A stretch of 64,000 nt of DNA from Octopus vulgaris (Eukaryota): assembly GCA_951406725.2 (NCBI GenBank), contig OX597818.1:111476001-111540000 (forward strand), written 5' to 3'. Made by a program: the position numbers and the translations under genes. Positions within the stretch are counted from its first letter, which is position 1, and each line of letters starts with the position of its first letter. The notes under the pieces were generated by a model that saw only the letters and a list, made by a program, of their open reading frames with translations, was not told where the DNA came from and ran no database searches. Below are positions 28,101 through 42,334 of the stretch, in pieces.

Positions 28101-28247
28101 TAAAAAAGAAAAGAATGCACAACCTCCTGTCTCAATAAACCACTGTTGTCCCTGAAATTTGTTTTTTTAATATTTATTACGGATTGTTTGAAGCTAACTT
28201 TCTTCCTAGACCCCGATCCTTGGATCTTAAATTTATATATATGTACA

Positions 28248-28347
<100 letters not shown>

Positions 28348-29099
28348 CGGGATTTTCTTGATCATAGATGTTAGACTTAATCACATCTACCTGGCCCTTG
28401 ACTGCCATAACTGAAATAAATATTCGGTCCAAGGTGTTTGGTTTGAAGATAACATCTTTCTTCGTACCAGTTACGTCATCCCTGCAGAGGAGACATGAGC
28501 GCTCGTCTTTTCCCTCCAAATGAGCCATTAAGCAAAAAGGAAACTAGTTTGTTGTTGAACAATGATTATCTTCCCTTGTCTATTGTTCACAAAGATACTG
28601 ATTGAATTCTGCTACAGTTCATGTTCAGGAATATCAGGACCAGGCGTGTAGTCGAATTAATCAACGCCAATAACTTCACTGGTGTTTACTTTATCAACAC
28701 CGGAAGGATGAAAAGCAAAGTCTAGTTCGGTAGTATTTGTATGATTGCTGAAATAATTTGTACAAAACCGCAGAATATAAACATCAAATAAGAACAAAAT
28801 GAAAGAGTTAAGTTAAGAATAATTATCATATATGATTACAGATGAAGAAAATAGAGAACGAATTGCCTCGCTGTGCTCTCAACCTTCATTTTATTCTTTG
28901 TTGAATCATTCAATTTGTCTACATTTATTTCTTACATTTTTTTCGTTTTCCCTTTCGTTAAAACTAACCCAAAATATTCCGTAAACAGAAATGTAAACAT
29001 CAAGCAAATTTATTTGTCTCCAATACTTGAAAAGCTCTTCATACACTTACAGCATTACAAAGTGCCCGCAGAAAGTGGGCTGCGCCGAACAAATCTTGT

Positions 29100-29482
29100 C
29101 GCAGGCGTGGCTGTGTCAGGAGTAGCTTGCTTCCCGCTACAGAGTTCCAGGTTCAGCCCAAAGCCTGGCCCCTTTTTTTGTTCTACTCTAGCCTCGGGTC
29201 AACCAATGCATTGTGAGTGGATTTGGTACAGGGGAACTAAAAGAAGCACATCTTATACGTGTGTGTGTGTGTGTGTGTGTGTTTTCTCTTCCTCCACTTG
29301 CCAACCGGCGTTGACGTGTTTACGTCACCGTAAACTAGCGGTTCGGCAAAAGATCGATAGAACAAGTACCACGCTTAAAAAGATAAATTAAGTACTGGCG
29401 TCGATTCATACGATTGAAATCCTTTATGGCCGTGCACCAGCATGGCCACTGTCTGATGACCGAAGCAGATAACAGATAAAAG
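29100..29482 (+). mobile_element. SINE family B, diverged full length
   Basis: gcaggcgtggctgtg...ttgtgagtggatttgg...cagcatggccactgtc. Confidence 0.75.
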
Positions 29483-29874
29483 GTCTCCAAGCTATTGCGG
29501 GACCTCTACGCAATTATTTGACTTGCTAGAAATAGCAGCTAAATCTTCTCTTAACCCACACAGCGCCATCTGTGAGAATAGGAAGGAAAGATAAGATAAT
29601 GAAGTCTGACATAATCTAGATCACAATTGATTGCCTACTCGACAGCACCATGCTGGTTTTAACCAATTTTCAGATTAAGTTCTTCCATGTCGCCGTTTTA
29701 TCATGCTTCCGCTATTTGTTGAGGTCAGGTCTTTGTAGTGTAATATTCATTAATCAATGCTATCGAAGCCTATGTGTCACACACTCTCCGATTACAAGGC
29801 AGGCAAGATGGCGTGACATTGCTCTTTGTATATCACGCCATTGCGTTCTTCATCTGCTTTTATTCCGAAGTACC

Positions 29875-30107
29875 TATTTCTTTACTACCCACAAGGAGCT
29901 AAACACAGAGCGGACAAACAAGGACAGACAAACGGATTAAGTCGATTATATCGACCCCCTAGTGCGTAACTAGTACTTATTTCATCGACCCCGAAAGGAT
30001 GAAAGGCAAAGTCGACCTCGGCGGAATTTGAACTCAGAACGTAATGGCAGACAAAATACCGCTAGGCATTTCGCCCGGCGTGCTAACGTTTCTGCCAGCT
30101 CGTCGCC
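29875..30107 (-). mobile_element. SINE family A, tail type 1, with 16-bp TSD
   Basis: Flanked by tttattccgaagtacc at 29859-29874 and 30108-30123. Confidence 0.93.
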
Positions 30108-30699
30108 TTTATTCCGAAGTACCGTTAAGTTCTGAACTGCCTCTAGCATTATTATTAGGTTTTCTTTTGGGAAGATGGTGGTAGTTATCTTTGGGAAGGG
30201 TGTGCCAGTCCCTGGAGAAAGGGACATTGCGACTGATTCCCTTGCTTCCTTCACGAAGCATGACTTAGCTGGTTTCATAAAGACAGAGAGGTAGGAGAAA
30301 ATGAGAGACAGAGAGGAAGGGAACGAGAGAGAGAGAAGGAGAGAGAGAGAGGGAGAGAGAGAGAGAGGGAGAGAGAGAATGAGAGAGAGAAGGAGAAAGA
30401 GAGAAGAAGATAGCGAGAAGGAGAGAGAGAGAATCGATTCCAGTAATTGAATAGTACTTTGTCGACATCCCTGTTGAATAAAAGCGAAACATGGCCTCGG
30501 CAAAATCTGAACTCTGAGCGCAGAGAACTGGAAACCTAACTCGTGAGGACTTGTAACCGGTGCCTCCATCAGTTCGTTACTTTATCGCTAATTGCAACAT
30601 TTCTCGACCATGATCTGTTATTTATTGCTGTTCGGAATCAATGAATCCACTTTCAGAATATACATGCATTCATGTATGTGTGTGTGTGTGTGTGTGTGT

Positions 30700-30752
<53 letters not shown>

Positions 30753-30940
30753 TCATAATATTTATGAATTGTTTATGAATTTAACCTTTAAAGGTATTTT
30801 TTAATATGCTGGCCATTGATAAGATTTTTCTTGGAAAAGAATTTTTTTCGAAAAAAATGTTATCCTACATTAGATATATATATATACATACATACATACA
30901 TATACATATATATACACACATACATACATATATATATATA

Positions 30941-30978
<38 letters not shown>

Positions 30979-32096
30979 AACACACATACACACACATACA
31001 TTCTTATTCATGAACTTTGAGCTGAGCACAGTGTATTGCAGCTGATAACACTTCTAATCACATATGACTGGGTGCCACTTATCGCATGCAAACAGAATTT
31101 ATTGTCTGTCAGGTCATCGCAATCCTATTAGAATTAGGCCAAACCTGCTTAATAGGATGTGGCTAATCATTATCAAAATATCTCTGCGTTAAAGTTTTAT
31201 GAAGTGTCGAATATTGTTGATAGGATCTGTTTCTGTAAGAATTTAATTTTTAAATTATGTTTATAATTATAAATAACACAATTTATGTTTGATGTAGAAC
31301 TCGTGTTGAACTTGGCGGTTTGTTTTATGATGGACTCCTGTTCCCTAGACTGCAACTAATGAACACAATTGAGAAAATATCAGATGTAGTTACATCAGGA
31401 ACCAACTCGAAGATCCAATAATCCTTTAACCAACATTGTCCATTCGACTCTGGACTTCCTTGCAACGCCTCAGCAGTGCTTGGTTCACTAGTTTACCCTC
31501 TTCGTCAACCAGCATTTTTCTCACGTTTGAATCATCAGTAACTCTACAATAATCTGTATCAGTAGGATTCATAAATGCCGCCGTTGCTGTGGAGCTACTA
31601 TCGATGAGACCAGGCAGCACCCGCACCTCTGCCGCCGCTACGATGCAAAACATTTTCACCACCATGCACGTTGACTAACAATTTTATGTAAATAGGCCCC
31701 TACGCTACCACATTCTTTGGTTGATCTCAATAGTGCAACGGCAGGCATTCTCACAGGATGCCTGTTTCTTCGTTTGAGCGCATCAGGTTACTCCTCTAGG
31801 ATTCCAGAGATTGTGAGACATACTCCCATGCCAAATTGTGACATATTCTTCCACCTGTTACGCAGAGGTACGGAATAAGTAGGAGTAATTCACGTCTGGT
31901 TGCTGAGGAAAATTCTGGCATTCTCGGCTATCGGACTCTCGCTCTCCTCCACACTGAGATACAGGATCTCGTGACTGAGGGAAGAACCATAGGTAACTGT
32001 GTAGTTGATACTACAGATGTCACTGGTTGATGAGTGGCTCTTACTACGCGATCAACGTCACATATATTCTACACAAGATGTAGAATTATTTTCAAT

Positions 32097-32130
<34 letters not shown>

Positions 32131-33254
32131 GCACGCACGCACATACACACTCACACACAACTACCACTTCTTTATTGAATTCTTTCTCGGACTGACGAAA
32201 GCAGGCTTTCGAGTGAGTAGGGAGTCACGGGTCACTGTTTGCGCACAGCAACGAAAGAACTTTGACAAGCAGACAAATAACCGATTGATTGTTTAACCAA
32301 TGCGTTAAACAAAATATTGATGAGTTAGTTGGTTAGATAGTTAACCAACAGACTAACAATAAAGAAGTTGAATTGAACCTGTGCGTGTGTTTATCATTAT
32401 TGGTGAAATGACGCTCCCAAGGCAATAAAATTTGTTTCAACACGATTTCGCATCAAGAATCTTGCAAACTCGATACGAAAATGAAATAATGCACACACAC
32501 ACACATACATACATATCTACATACAAACATATACATACATACACATGAATACATACGTACATACATATCCATAATGCATACATACATACACCCATACATA
32601 CTTACATATATGCATACATACATATACACATACAGACATTCACACATATCTACATATATACATACGTATATACATACATACATACATACATACATACATT
32701 CATGCATGCATGCATGCATATATGTATAATAAACAAAACAGCATATATCAGAATCATAGTACATTTAAATATCACATAGCCTTATTCTGGTATTTAATGG
32801 TAATATAAGCGCATTCCCTGTACACTATAAATGTACGAAAAAGTGGTTAGAGTCTCCTGACAGACTGTTTCCTCATTTGTTGACAGCTACTCACAGAAGA
32901 CGTACCCGACATTCTTCCTCAAATACTAACGTCGGTCAACTGCTACTTAAGGTAGCCGTAAATTAAACTAGTACAGTAGTGCACAGCTTCATTCAAATTT
33001 TTATGTTTTCGAAGATTAGAAATTCATCTACGCGTAACTCAGAAGAACCGAGATAAATACTAGAAAGCCTCACTGTGCGGTTAGATGAAAGCACACTATT
33101 TTTATACTTATTAATACGCGGAATAGTGTAGGGTTTCTTATTGCGGACCGTTTCAGAGTTGGTCGCTCGTCAGAGTGAACAAGCCTGGCTTGCTTAGACA
33201 ATCAAACCACAGGTTAGATGCTATATAAATGTATGCATATCTGTATGTATGCAC

Positions 33255-33329
<75 letters not shown>

Positions 33330-35324
33330 CATATGTATACATACATATATATATACGTATACATATATAAATATATATACACATATACATACATACACAC
33401 AGACACACACAGACACACACTCACATATATATACACACACAATCAACACACGCACGCAGACACAGAAACATGAATATATACATATATAGGCACATAGATT
33501 TATGTTCATAAGCATAGCTTTTTAACTATCAATCTAATTGTCTCGCTCTGTCTCTCTCTCTACCTCTCTCTCTCTCTTTATATATATATAGATATATATA
33601 TATATATATATGTATATGTATATGTATATACGCATGACAATGTGTATATTCGTAAGCCTTGCCTCAGCTATATACACATACAATTACATTTTGTTAAAGA
33701 AAATCAATTTTGCACAACCTATATCAATGGGTCATCGTTTGATTGCATTGCCAAATGAGGTGCCAAGACGTCCTCCCACTTTTCCTCTTACACTTCCTCC
33801 TTCACCATGATGACTACGGCGATGATAATGATGGTCATCATCACCATCAGCATCATTAGCAGCAATATCATGATTATCATGAATGTCATAATCACAGTCA
33901 TGTTCGCCATTGTTAGCATCCGTTCCATTTCATGATTATTATAATCATCACTTCACTTCTATCTACCAGCAGTAGTAGCAGTAGTAGCAGCAGCAGCAGC
34001 AGCAACATCATCAGAAGTCTATAAGCAATGCACCACATGGGAATGGTCTATATTTATAAATGATAATGAATAAGTCAGTTTGGCATTAGTTTTCCAATAA
34101 CGATATCGTCCAACCGTTTAGTGCGTCTATAATCACCCATTTCCCCCTCCACCCGCGCCAATACATCCCCTTCTCTCTCCTCTTACCCTTCTTTCCAAAT
34201 CACCTCCGCCACCTTCTAAACGGCTCTCAACACCGTATTTGATTCAACGATAATTATATTAATTAAATCTGTCTGGATGACATACGGTTATTTTGTCTGT
34301 CAGATATTTATCTCGAATTAACACACACACACACACACACACATACACATACACATACACACACAGATATATATAAAATATTATGTCGTTTCAGAAGGGA
34401 ATTGTTTAAGATTCAGACTTCATGCTGTGACGGATTTCCCTTTATAAGGGAATCAGATGAAAGGTGATGGGTAAGAACAGATAGAAACATTTAACGTTTA
34501 TTTTCAAATTAAGTTAAAAGATAAGACAAAAATATATGCATAAAAAAAAATAATTATGCCATATATTTGAGAGATTGAATTGCGATATTTGAAATGAAAT
34601 CATTAAACACATTACGATTATCACATCTGGTGATTACCTTTTGTTAATCTTAAAACTGAATTTTTAAATTTCGTTTTTGGATTTGGTTTGCAAGATTCTT
34701 TATATGAGTTCGTGTGTTGAAGCATATTCTGTTGTGTTTGGGGAGAGTCATTTTCTTTTTGTGCATTATAATATATCACACTCACCGGTAAAATTTCCAC
34801 TTTTTTCTTATTTTTATTTCCCTAAAATTTTTGTTGCGTCTTGCAACATTTTTCAATAGTTAGCATCTTAAAATTTCAAAATGGACTCCGTAAACACCAA
34901 TAGTTTCAGCCTCATGGTTCCAACACGATATTAAAGATGCTTTTTGCAGTAATCTTGACGGTAATGGAAGTAAATGTCGCAGAGTTTGGAGAATCAAGAC
35001 GAAAGCTAATTGATTCACTGAGTTAAATAAATGGCTTTTCGTATTTAGAATTGACAAACGAAGGCCGGTTGACCGCATTTGCTATGAGAAGCTGGAGGAA
35101 TGTCGTGTAGTGACATACGTGATAATCGAAACCTCCTAGCTACAATCGGGAATCAAAGTTGGGTCGAATATTCTGAGAGTTCACTGCTAATGTCACTTAA
35201 TCCCTGACAGCAGGGACACGGCAGGGTGGTTGCCGCGCCGGACAAAATGCTTAGCGGCATTTCTCCGTCGTTACCTTCTGACTCCAAATTCTGCCACTTG
35301 CAGCCTTACAAGCACACATATATT

Positions 35325-35515
35325 GGCTTTAAATGTTGGCACAAGGCCAGCAATTTGGGGGAAGGGGTTAAGTCGATTACATCGACTCCACTCTTCAACT
35401 AGTACTGATTTTATCGATTCCGAAAGGATGAAAGGTAAAGTCGACCTTGGGTTAATGCAAAGATCGATGAAATGACGCTAAGTAATTTTCCCGGTGTGCT
35501 AACCATTCTCCCAGC
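35325..35515 (-). mobile_element. SINE family A, tail type 2, diverged
   Basis: gcacaaggccagcaatttggggg...cgaaaggatgaaaggtaaagtcgacc. Confidence 0.75.
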
Positions 35516-35532
35516 TTCAAGCACACATATAT

Positions 35533-35748
35533 CTATTTCTTTATTGCCCCCAAGGGGTGGGGCTAAGGACAAAGGGATTAAGTCGATTACATCGACTCCA
35601 GTGCGTAACTAGTATTTACTTCATCGACCCCGAAAGGATAAAAGGCAAAGTCGACCTCGGCGGAATTTGAACTCAGAACGTAGCGGCAGACGAAATACGG
35701 CTACGCCTTTCACCCGGCGTGCTAACCTTTCTGCCAGCTCACCGCCCT
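35533..35748 (-). mobile_element. SINE family A, tail type 1 variant
   Basis: Full head and body; tail reads ...ccttagccccaccccttgggggcaataaagaaata on the minus strand. Confidence 0.88.
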
Positions 35749-36041
35749 TCATGCGCACACATATCGACAAGGGAAAGTCTGACGTTGACGTCGTAGTGTT
35801 AAACTTGCAACAGTTTTGTGAGACTGTTCGACGAAGCTGGCGGAAGGCGAAACCTGTAAGTTTCTATTAAATTCTGTCTAAATAAATTTAATTCTCCTTT
35901 AAATGTATTGAATATTGCTATATTTACTTATACGATCGGCTGCGCATTTCCACCACTTATTTGACACATGTTACACATTCGACGTTTTTCGGCACAGTTC
36001 TTCCTGTCGGCTTTTATACGCAAGGTATCGATCAGCTTTGA

Positions 36042-36252
36042 GGCGGCGAGCTGGCAGAAACGTTAGCACGCCGGGCGAAATGTGTAGCCGTATTTCGTCT
36101 GCCGTTACGTTCTGAGTTCAAATTCCGCCGAGGCCGACTTTGCCTTTCATCCTTTCGGGGTCGATAAACTAAGTACCAGTTGCGTACTGGGGTCGATCTA
36201 ATCGACTGGCCCCCTCCCCAAAAATTTCGGGCTTTGTGCCTAGAGTAGAAAA
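36042..36252 (+). mobile_element. SINE family A, tail type 2, young copy
   Basis: ggcggcgagctggcagaaacgttagc...gagttcaaattccgcc...cctcccca aaaatttcgggctttgtgcctagagtagaaaa. Confidence 0.92.
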
Positions 36253-38774
36253 GCATTTGAAAAGAGACAAAAAAAAAGAGAAAAAAAGAAAAAAGACAAA
36301 AAGAAAAAAGAAGGGCTGCTCAGTTTGATGAAATCTGTACCTCAAGATTGTGATGAGTTTTATTTCTATTGTAATTCTGGCTATAAAAGTCTGGTTTGAC
36401 TTTACCAAATTTATTCAGTAATAAGTAAACCCATAGCTTAGATTGAGGACCAAAACTAGATCATTGTACGTATAAGCTCATAAAGATCGAATAATTTTCT
36501 CATGTTTATCTGCAAAGTAATACAAAGCGTTTTTCAAATATTTAAGTCAATATTTCTGTGTTTTTGTCAATTATGTAACGTTTTGGCAACATCTTGAAGG
36601 TTATCTCGTGACAAACCTCCCAATCATAATTTCCTATCACTCCTACCTGAATACGTGTCATCAATCTCACATAGAAGATACAATTTTCATGTCAGTTCAG
36701 AGTTTAAAACATGAAAAAACAGGAGTAGTTTATAGTCTAAAAACATTAAACATTTCCTGGGATAAAATCTGACATGTGCGATAAGAAAAGGATACATGAT
36801 GTGAATCCATTCTTTATAAGTAAAACTGTAAGACGTAGTAAGACAACTTCCTAGTTTGAAATTCAACTCAGCTAAATTAACTGGAGAAGAAAATTTATTG
36901 TTAATGAACGTATTTCAGGTAACATCAGGGTACAAGTTAATTGTAATATATAAATGCGATAATAAAGAAATATTAGAGAAAGGCTAAAATCATTCTCTAT
37001 CGTTAAACAAATAAGGTAGACAATTCTCAAAGTGATTTCGTCTTACTCTGACCTCAACAGCGATATGTAGTTATCATGTTCTTGTCGAAATAATTTACAA
37101 TGAATGACCCACTATTTGCATATTAAAACATGATGTACAAACTAGAATCTTTCAGAGATTAAATAATACATGTTTAAAGACTCAATCTAGAAAGGAATTG
37201 AGTTCCAGAAATACTGTACTTTTTTACTGTCTCCGGTAGAAGTTCGTAGGTAATAGAGAGTTACGAGGATAACTTTGCAGCCGCGTGGATTAAAACTAGA
37301 GACAGCAAGTGTTTTCTTAGTCCCTTTTGCAGGATTTGATTGATTACCTGAACGATTTTGTGTTACCATTGAACAGAAACCTGGTTCACTAAGCACCAAA
37401 GACCAATATAAGTTATTTTTATAAGTCATCACTTTCTCTAAAATTTTCATACAAATTTAACTTAGTACCGCTAACATCTAAAACAAACAAATGCTAAATG
37501 GGACAGAATAGAAAATTGGATTATAAAACCTTGTACAAAATTAAAGTCTGTTTGATTAATGTCCTTGAGCTGGAATTGAAACCGAATCAGAAATGGTACT
37601 TTAGCTCCGGTCGCTTAACTCCTATTTAATTCTTGTTTGTCCTCATTTTCAGTTGACTGAAGATGAATGGTAGGCTACTAACATTTAGTTACATTACTAA
37701 GGTCCTTTGTTCAAATCCTATCCAGTCCAATTCGGAGTTCAGTCCCTACGCCCACCCCCCGATATCGATAAGCTCCCTATTAGTGATGTAGAAAGGTCCA
37801 GCTCAGCCACAAAATGTTTATAAGTTTCGAGCTTACGATGGAACCGTGTGCATGATCGATCCATCTCTTAGAAATAACTGTCAAATCTCCATCACATTGC
37901 TTTGTACAGTTTTAAAAAGAGAGAAAGAACACACTGGATAATGTGGGCTTGGATATACAAAAAGAACGGGATTTTCACGACCGGAGCATATTTCTGATCG
38001 ATCGAGGAATTCGATAGAAAATACATTTATGAACTGCAGTGCCTATACTACAAAGGTTTCGTGGTGTATTAAAAATATTCTGCCAATATATTATTTTCAG
38101 CCGAGAAGTGATATATTCGGACAACTTTCTCAACTGTAGTTCGTAACCTTTTCATCATCAAAGATTGCTATTATTTAAATGAATTTTCTTGTGGACTCCA
38201 GGATTTACAAAGTTCTCTTTATGTAATAAAACTATGTTATTGACTTACGAAGTCATTATTCTAGTTTCACCACTCAATCAATCAAAAGATAGACGCAGCT
38301 GCATAATTAGGCATTTTGATACAACAGCCTTTTCAGATTTTAGACAACGCTCACCATCCGTTAGAACTTAATCTGCAGATCTGAAAAGGTGTGCGGAGCC
38401 AGGAAGGGATACGGTTGTTCTATAATGTAAAACCAACTCAAAATAAGCCTGGAGCCAAAGAAGGAATCTCTACTTGATTACTAGACCTACAAGAAACAGC
38501 AGACAAATCACCTTTGAATCATACTGTACACTCTTGAAAGAAATAAAAAAACGAAACAGGGGCACATTACAAAATCTAAGGTAGATAATACACAATGGCT
38601 GCAAAAAAAACATTGAGCTTGCCAATGGAAACATTTTAGATGAGAGTTTTGGCAGAATAAAACTGATATAGTGGTACGAACCGAAGCAAAGGACTCTCTG
38701 AATGGTTGCGTGACTCATAAAGGTAGCAGCCAAATTTTCTTTGATCATGTACTACCGACTTAACAAAGAGAATA

Positions 38775-39070
38775 TAGTATATTGTCGGTGGTCGGTCGGC
38801 ACTCTGTCGGTTACAACCATGAGTGCTCCAGCTGATGCAACCAACGGAACAGTCTGCTCGTGAAATTAACGTACAAGTGGTTGAGTATTCCACAGAAGTG
38901 TACTCTTAAGATAGTTCTCATGGGGATTCAGAATGACACAGAATGTGACAAGGCTGCCCCTCTGAAATACAGGTAGAACTCATTCTTGTCAGTTGAGTGG
39001 ACTGGAGCAACGTGAAATATAGTGTCTAGTTCAGGGATGCAAACACGCCACCATGAATCCAACTCAACAG
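38775..39070 (-). mobile_element. SINE family C
   Basis: Colinear with 152-450 (ggcactc.gtc.gttac / ccaacggaaca / gtagttctca.gg.gattcag / actggagcaa). Confidence 0.7.
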
Positions 39071-39159
39071 TCTATCTGAGAAGAAGGTATTTATGTATGG
39101 AGTGAAGGTCGAGGCTGGAGCTACTTTAATGTTCTAAATAGACTGATAGAAAAATATTC

Positions 39160-39381
39160 ATTTCTCCTCTAGGCAAAAGACCTAGAAAATATTAGGGGTA
39201 AGGGGGCAAGTCGATTATATTGACCTCAGTGCGTAACTGGTACTTATTTCAACGAACCCACTCCCGTAAGGATGAAAGGCAAAGTCGACCGCGGCTGAAT
39301 TTGAACTGAGAACGTAACGGCAGACGAAATACTGTTAAGCATTTTGCCCAGCGTGCTGACGATTGTGCCAGCTCGCCGCCT
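39160..39381 (-). mobile_element. SINE family A, tail type 2
   Basis: aggatgaaaggcaaagtcgacc...gccagctcgccgcc. Confidence 0.85.
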
Positions 39382-40042
39382 TCTCTGAGTAGAAAAATGA
39401 TAGAAAAAGGAACAAGATGCTCATAGTTGCAGGGTCTTATATCATAAATCTACTTGGTCACAGCTGACCCTGGGCTAAGCGTCCACAACACCTTTTTTTT
39501 GCCTTACACGTTCCAAATATGAAAGTAGCTATAGAAACGTTTACTTTTAATTTATTATATTCTACATCAAACAACCCACCCTTATCCGGTATCTCAGGTA
39601 CGTCAATACTTAAACACATCTTCCATTTGTTCTCTCAGATCTCTGTAAATATTTCATGCCAATCGATTTATCAACTAATCCGCTTCCAACTTGTTTACTT
39701 CTTCGCTTCTTCTTTTCTGTTTTCTTTCGCCTGTTTCTTTCCTGCCTTCATCCTTTCATTATTTTCCTCCCTTCGTCTTAACGTTCGTCGTTTTACTTGT
39801 TGCTCTTTTCCAGTTCTTTAGCCTTCCTCCTCCCAATGTCTGCTTCCTGTCGCTTAATTCCAAGATGATGAGGGACAGCAACGAAATCATAGTTTCTGGT
39901 TGATTCACCAACGAGAAACGCAAATAATAGAGAGAAAATAAATCAACTCGACTGCAAATTGCATTTGATGGGAAGTATGGGAAAAAGAAGAAAAAAAATG
40001 AAAATTGAGAGATACAGATAGAAAGAAAGAAAGTGAGAGAGG

Positions 40043-40076
<34 letters not shown>

Positions 40077-40133
40077 AAAAAGTGAACGAGTGAAAATGCA
40101 AATACATACACACATGCGCGCCCTCGCACACAC

Positions 40134-40177
<44 letters not shown>

Positions 40178-40320
40178 AACACCATACGTAAATATATCAT
40201 ACGTACATGTATTCACACACACGCATACACACACACACACACGCACACACACACACATATATATATCGAGAGAAAGAAAGAATGAGAAAGGTAGCGGTAG
40301 AGAAAGAATAGATAATAACA

Positions 40321-40356
<36 letters not shown>

Positions 40357-40749
40357 TACCAACAAATAAATCACTTGGGATACTGTACTGAAGACAGCAG
40401 TACAGTCCAAGACATTATACCATAATTATAGTTAAACACTGAGCTTCTGCAAAGTTTGGCACTTTTTCCTCTCGATGCCACTTAGGATTCAAATTGGTGA
40501 AATTTGATATTTTTGTCATTTTTATATTTTGTATTCCTTTACTCGTACCAATCTGTTTTTCTCTACAAACAACTCCTTCTACACCTTGCTACACAGATGA
40601 ATATACGCACAGGCGACTAACCAATAACTATCCACCTCCAGCGTCTCATATATACACCTATATACACACGACACGTATCTGTGTCAACATCTATAAAAGT
40701 CTGTTTCGTGTGTCTCTTGGAACTTGGATAATCTTATTACCATTATTAA

Positions 40750-41662
40750 CTTTCTTCTTCTTCTTCTACTTCTTCTTCTCCTCCTCCTCCTCCTCCTTCT
40801 TCTTCTTCTTCTTCTCGTCTTCTTCTTCTTCTTCTTCTTCTTCTTCTTTTTCTTCTCCTTCTCCTCCTTCTCTTCCTCTTACTCCTTCTTCTTCTTCTTT
40901 TTCTTCTTCTTCTTCTTCTTCTTCTTTTTCTTCTTCTTCTTCTTCTTCTTTTTCTTCTCCTTCTCCTCCTCTTCCTCCTTCTTCTTCTTCTCTTCTTCTT
41001 CTTCTTCTTCTTCTTCTTCTTCTTCTTCTTCTTCTTCTTCTTCTTCTTCTTCTTCTTCTTCTTCTTCTTCTCCTTCTCCTCCTCTTCCTCCTTCTTCTTC
41101 TTCTTCTTCTTCTTCTTCTTCTTCTTTTTCTTCTTCTTCTTCTTCTTCTTCTTCTTCTTCTTCTTCTTCTTCTTCTTCTTTTTCTTCTCCTTCTCCTCCT
41201 CTTCCTCCTTCTTCTTTTTCTTCTTCTTTTCTTCTTCTTTTTCTTCTTCTTCTCTTCTTCTTCTTTTTCTTCTTCTTTTTCTTCTCCTTCTCCTCCTCCT
41301 CCTCCTTCTTTATCTTCTTCTTCTTCTTCTTCTTCTTCTTCTTCCTCCTCTTCCTCCTCTTCCTCCTCCTCTTCTTCCTCCTCTTCTTCTTCTTCTCCTC
41401 CTTCTCCTCCTCCTTCTGCTTCTCTTCTTCTTCTTCTTCTTCTTCTTCTTCTCCTCCTCCTCCTCCTTCCTCTTCTTCTGCTTCTCTTCTTCTTCTTCTT
41501 CTTCTCTCCCTCCTTTTTCTTCCTCTTCTTCTTCTTCTTCTTCTTCTCCTCCTCCTCCTTCTTCTTCTGCTTCTTTTCTTCTTCTTCTTCTTCTTCTTCT
41601 TCTTCTTCTTCTTCTTCTCCTTCTCTCCCTCCTTTTTCTTCCTCTTCTTCTTCATCTTCTTT
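40750..41662. repeat. About 910-bp (CTT)n/(CCT)n polypyrimidine tract
   Basis: Direct reading; almost no purines on the + strand. Confidence 0.97.
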
Positions 41663-42084
41663 TGAAGACTATCCTTCATCTATCCAGCGTTGGAATTTCT
41701 ACTTCTTATTTACCGCCTTCGCTATATTTTTATTACACTCTACATGACCTATCGTACGAAAATATACACGAATATGATCACTATGCACTCGTACACTGCA
41801 TGCTTATAATAAAGCATCCATGCAGTCGCCCGGCCAATTAGAAATAGCAGCAAAATCTTCCTCCAGTTACTCTCTGCTAGTTTTAAAACTAGGAGAATGT
41901 ATTTGATAATGCAGTCCTTCTCCTGTATACGTTATGCTTCAATAACAGACGAAAAGGCCATTACTAAATGTTGTTGATGATAAATCTGGTCAAACAATAA
42001 ATATACTGGTGATGTACTTGCATAGCAAGTGACATGATCTGAGATCGTGTGCTGGATTGCAGCGTGGAAGGTGTTAATAAGCCA

Positions 42085-42200
42085 TTTAAAAACACACAAA
42101 AACCGTTAGATTCACTTCAACATTTAAATTTAATTTGTCAAAATATTTTCGTCGCTTTGAGACCGCGAATTGTTCACTGACAAAATTCCGTGCTGGGCCA
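42085..42200 (-). mobile_element. Penelope-like fragment with variant hammerhead fold
   Basis: Minus strand: TTTGTCA-GTGAACAA-TTCGC(ggtctcaaa)GCGAC-GAAAATATTT-TGACAAA. Confidence 0.45.
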
Positions 42201-42222
42201 AAATGTGCGTTGTGGCGTGTAT

Positions 42223-42319
42223 ATGTACACTTGGAACATACATGTACACCTGGTACGTACATGTACACTTGGTACGTACATGTACACTTGATACGTACAT
42301 GTACACTTGGTACGTACAC
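42223..42319. repeat. 19-bp minisatellite, about 5 copies
   Basis: Unit atgtacacttggtacgtac with 0-2 mismatches per copy. Confidence 0.9.
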
Positions 42320-42334
42320 GCCACACCTCCCAAC

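Noticed and set aside
36042-36130. SINE heads as tRNA genes
   Set aside because: They have A/B-box-like motifs but no complete cloverleaf, and they continue into SINE bodies
40494-41747. 417-aa, 313-aa and 266-aa ORFs
   Set aside because: They are translations of the (CTT)n tract (poly-S/L/F or poly-E/K), open only because the repeat lacks stop codons
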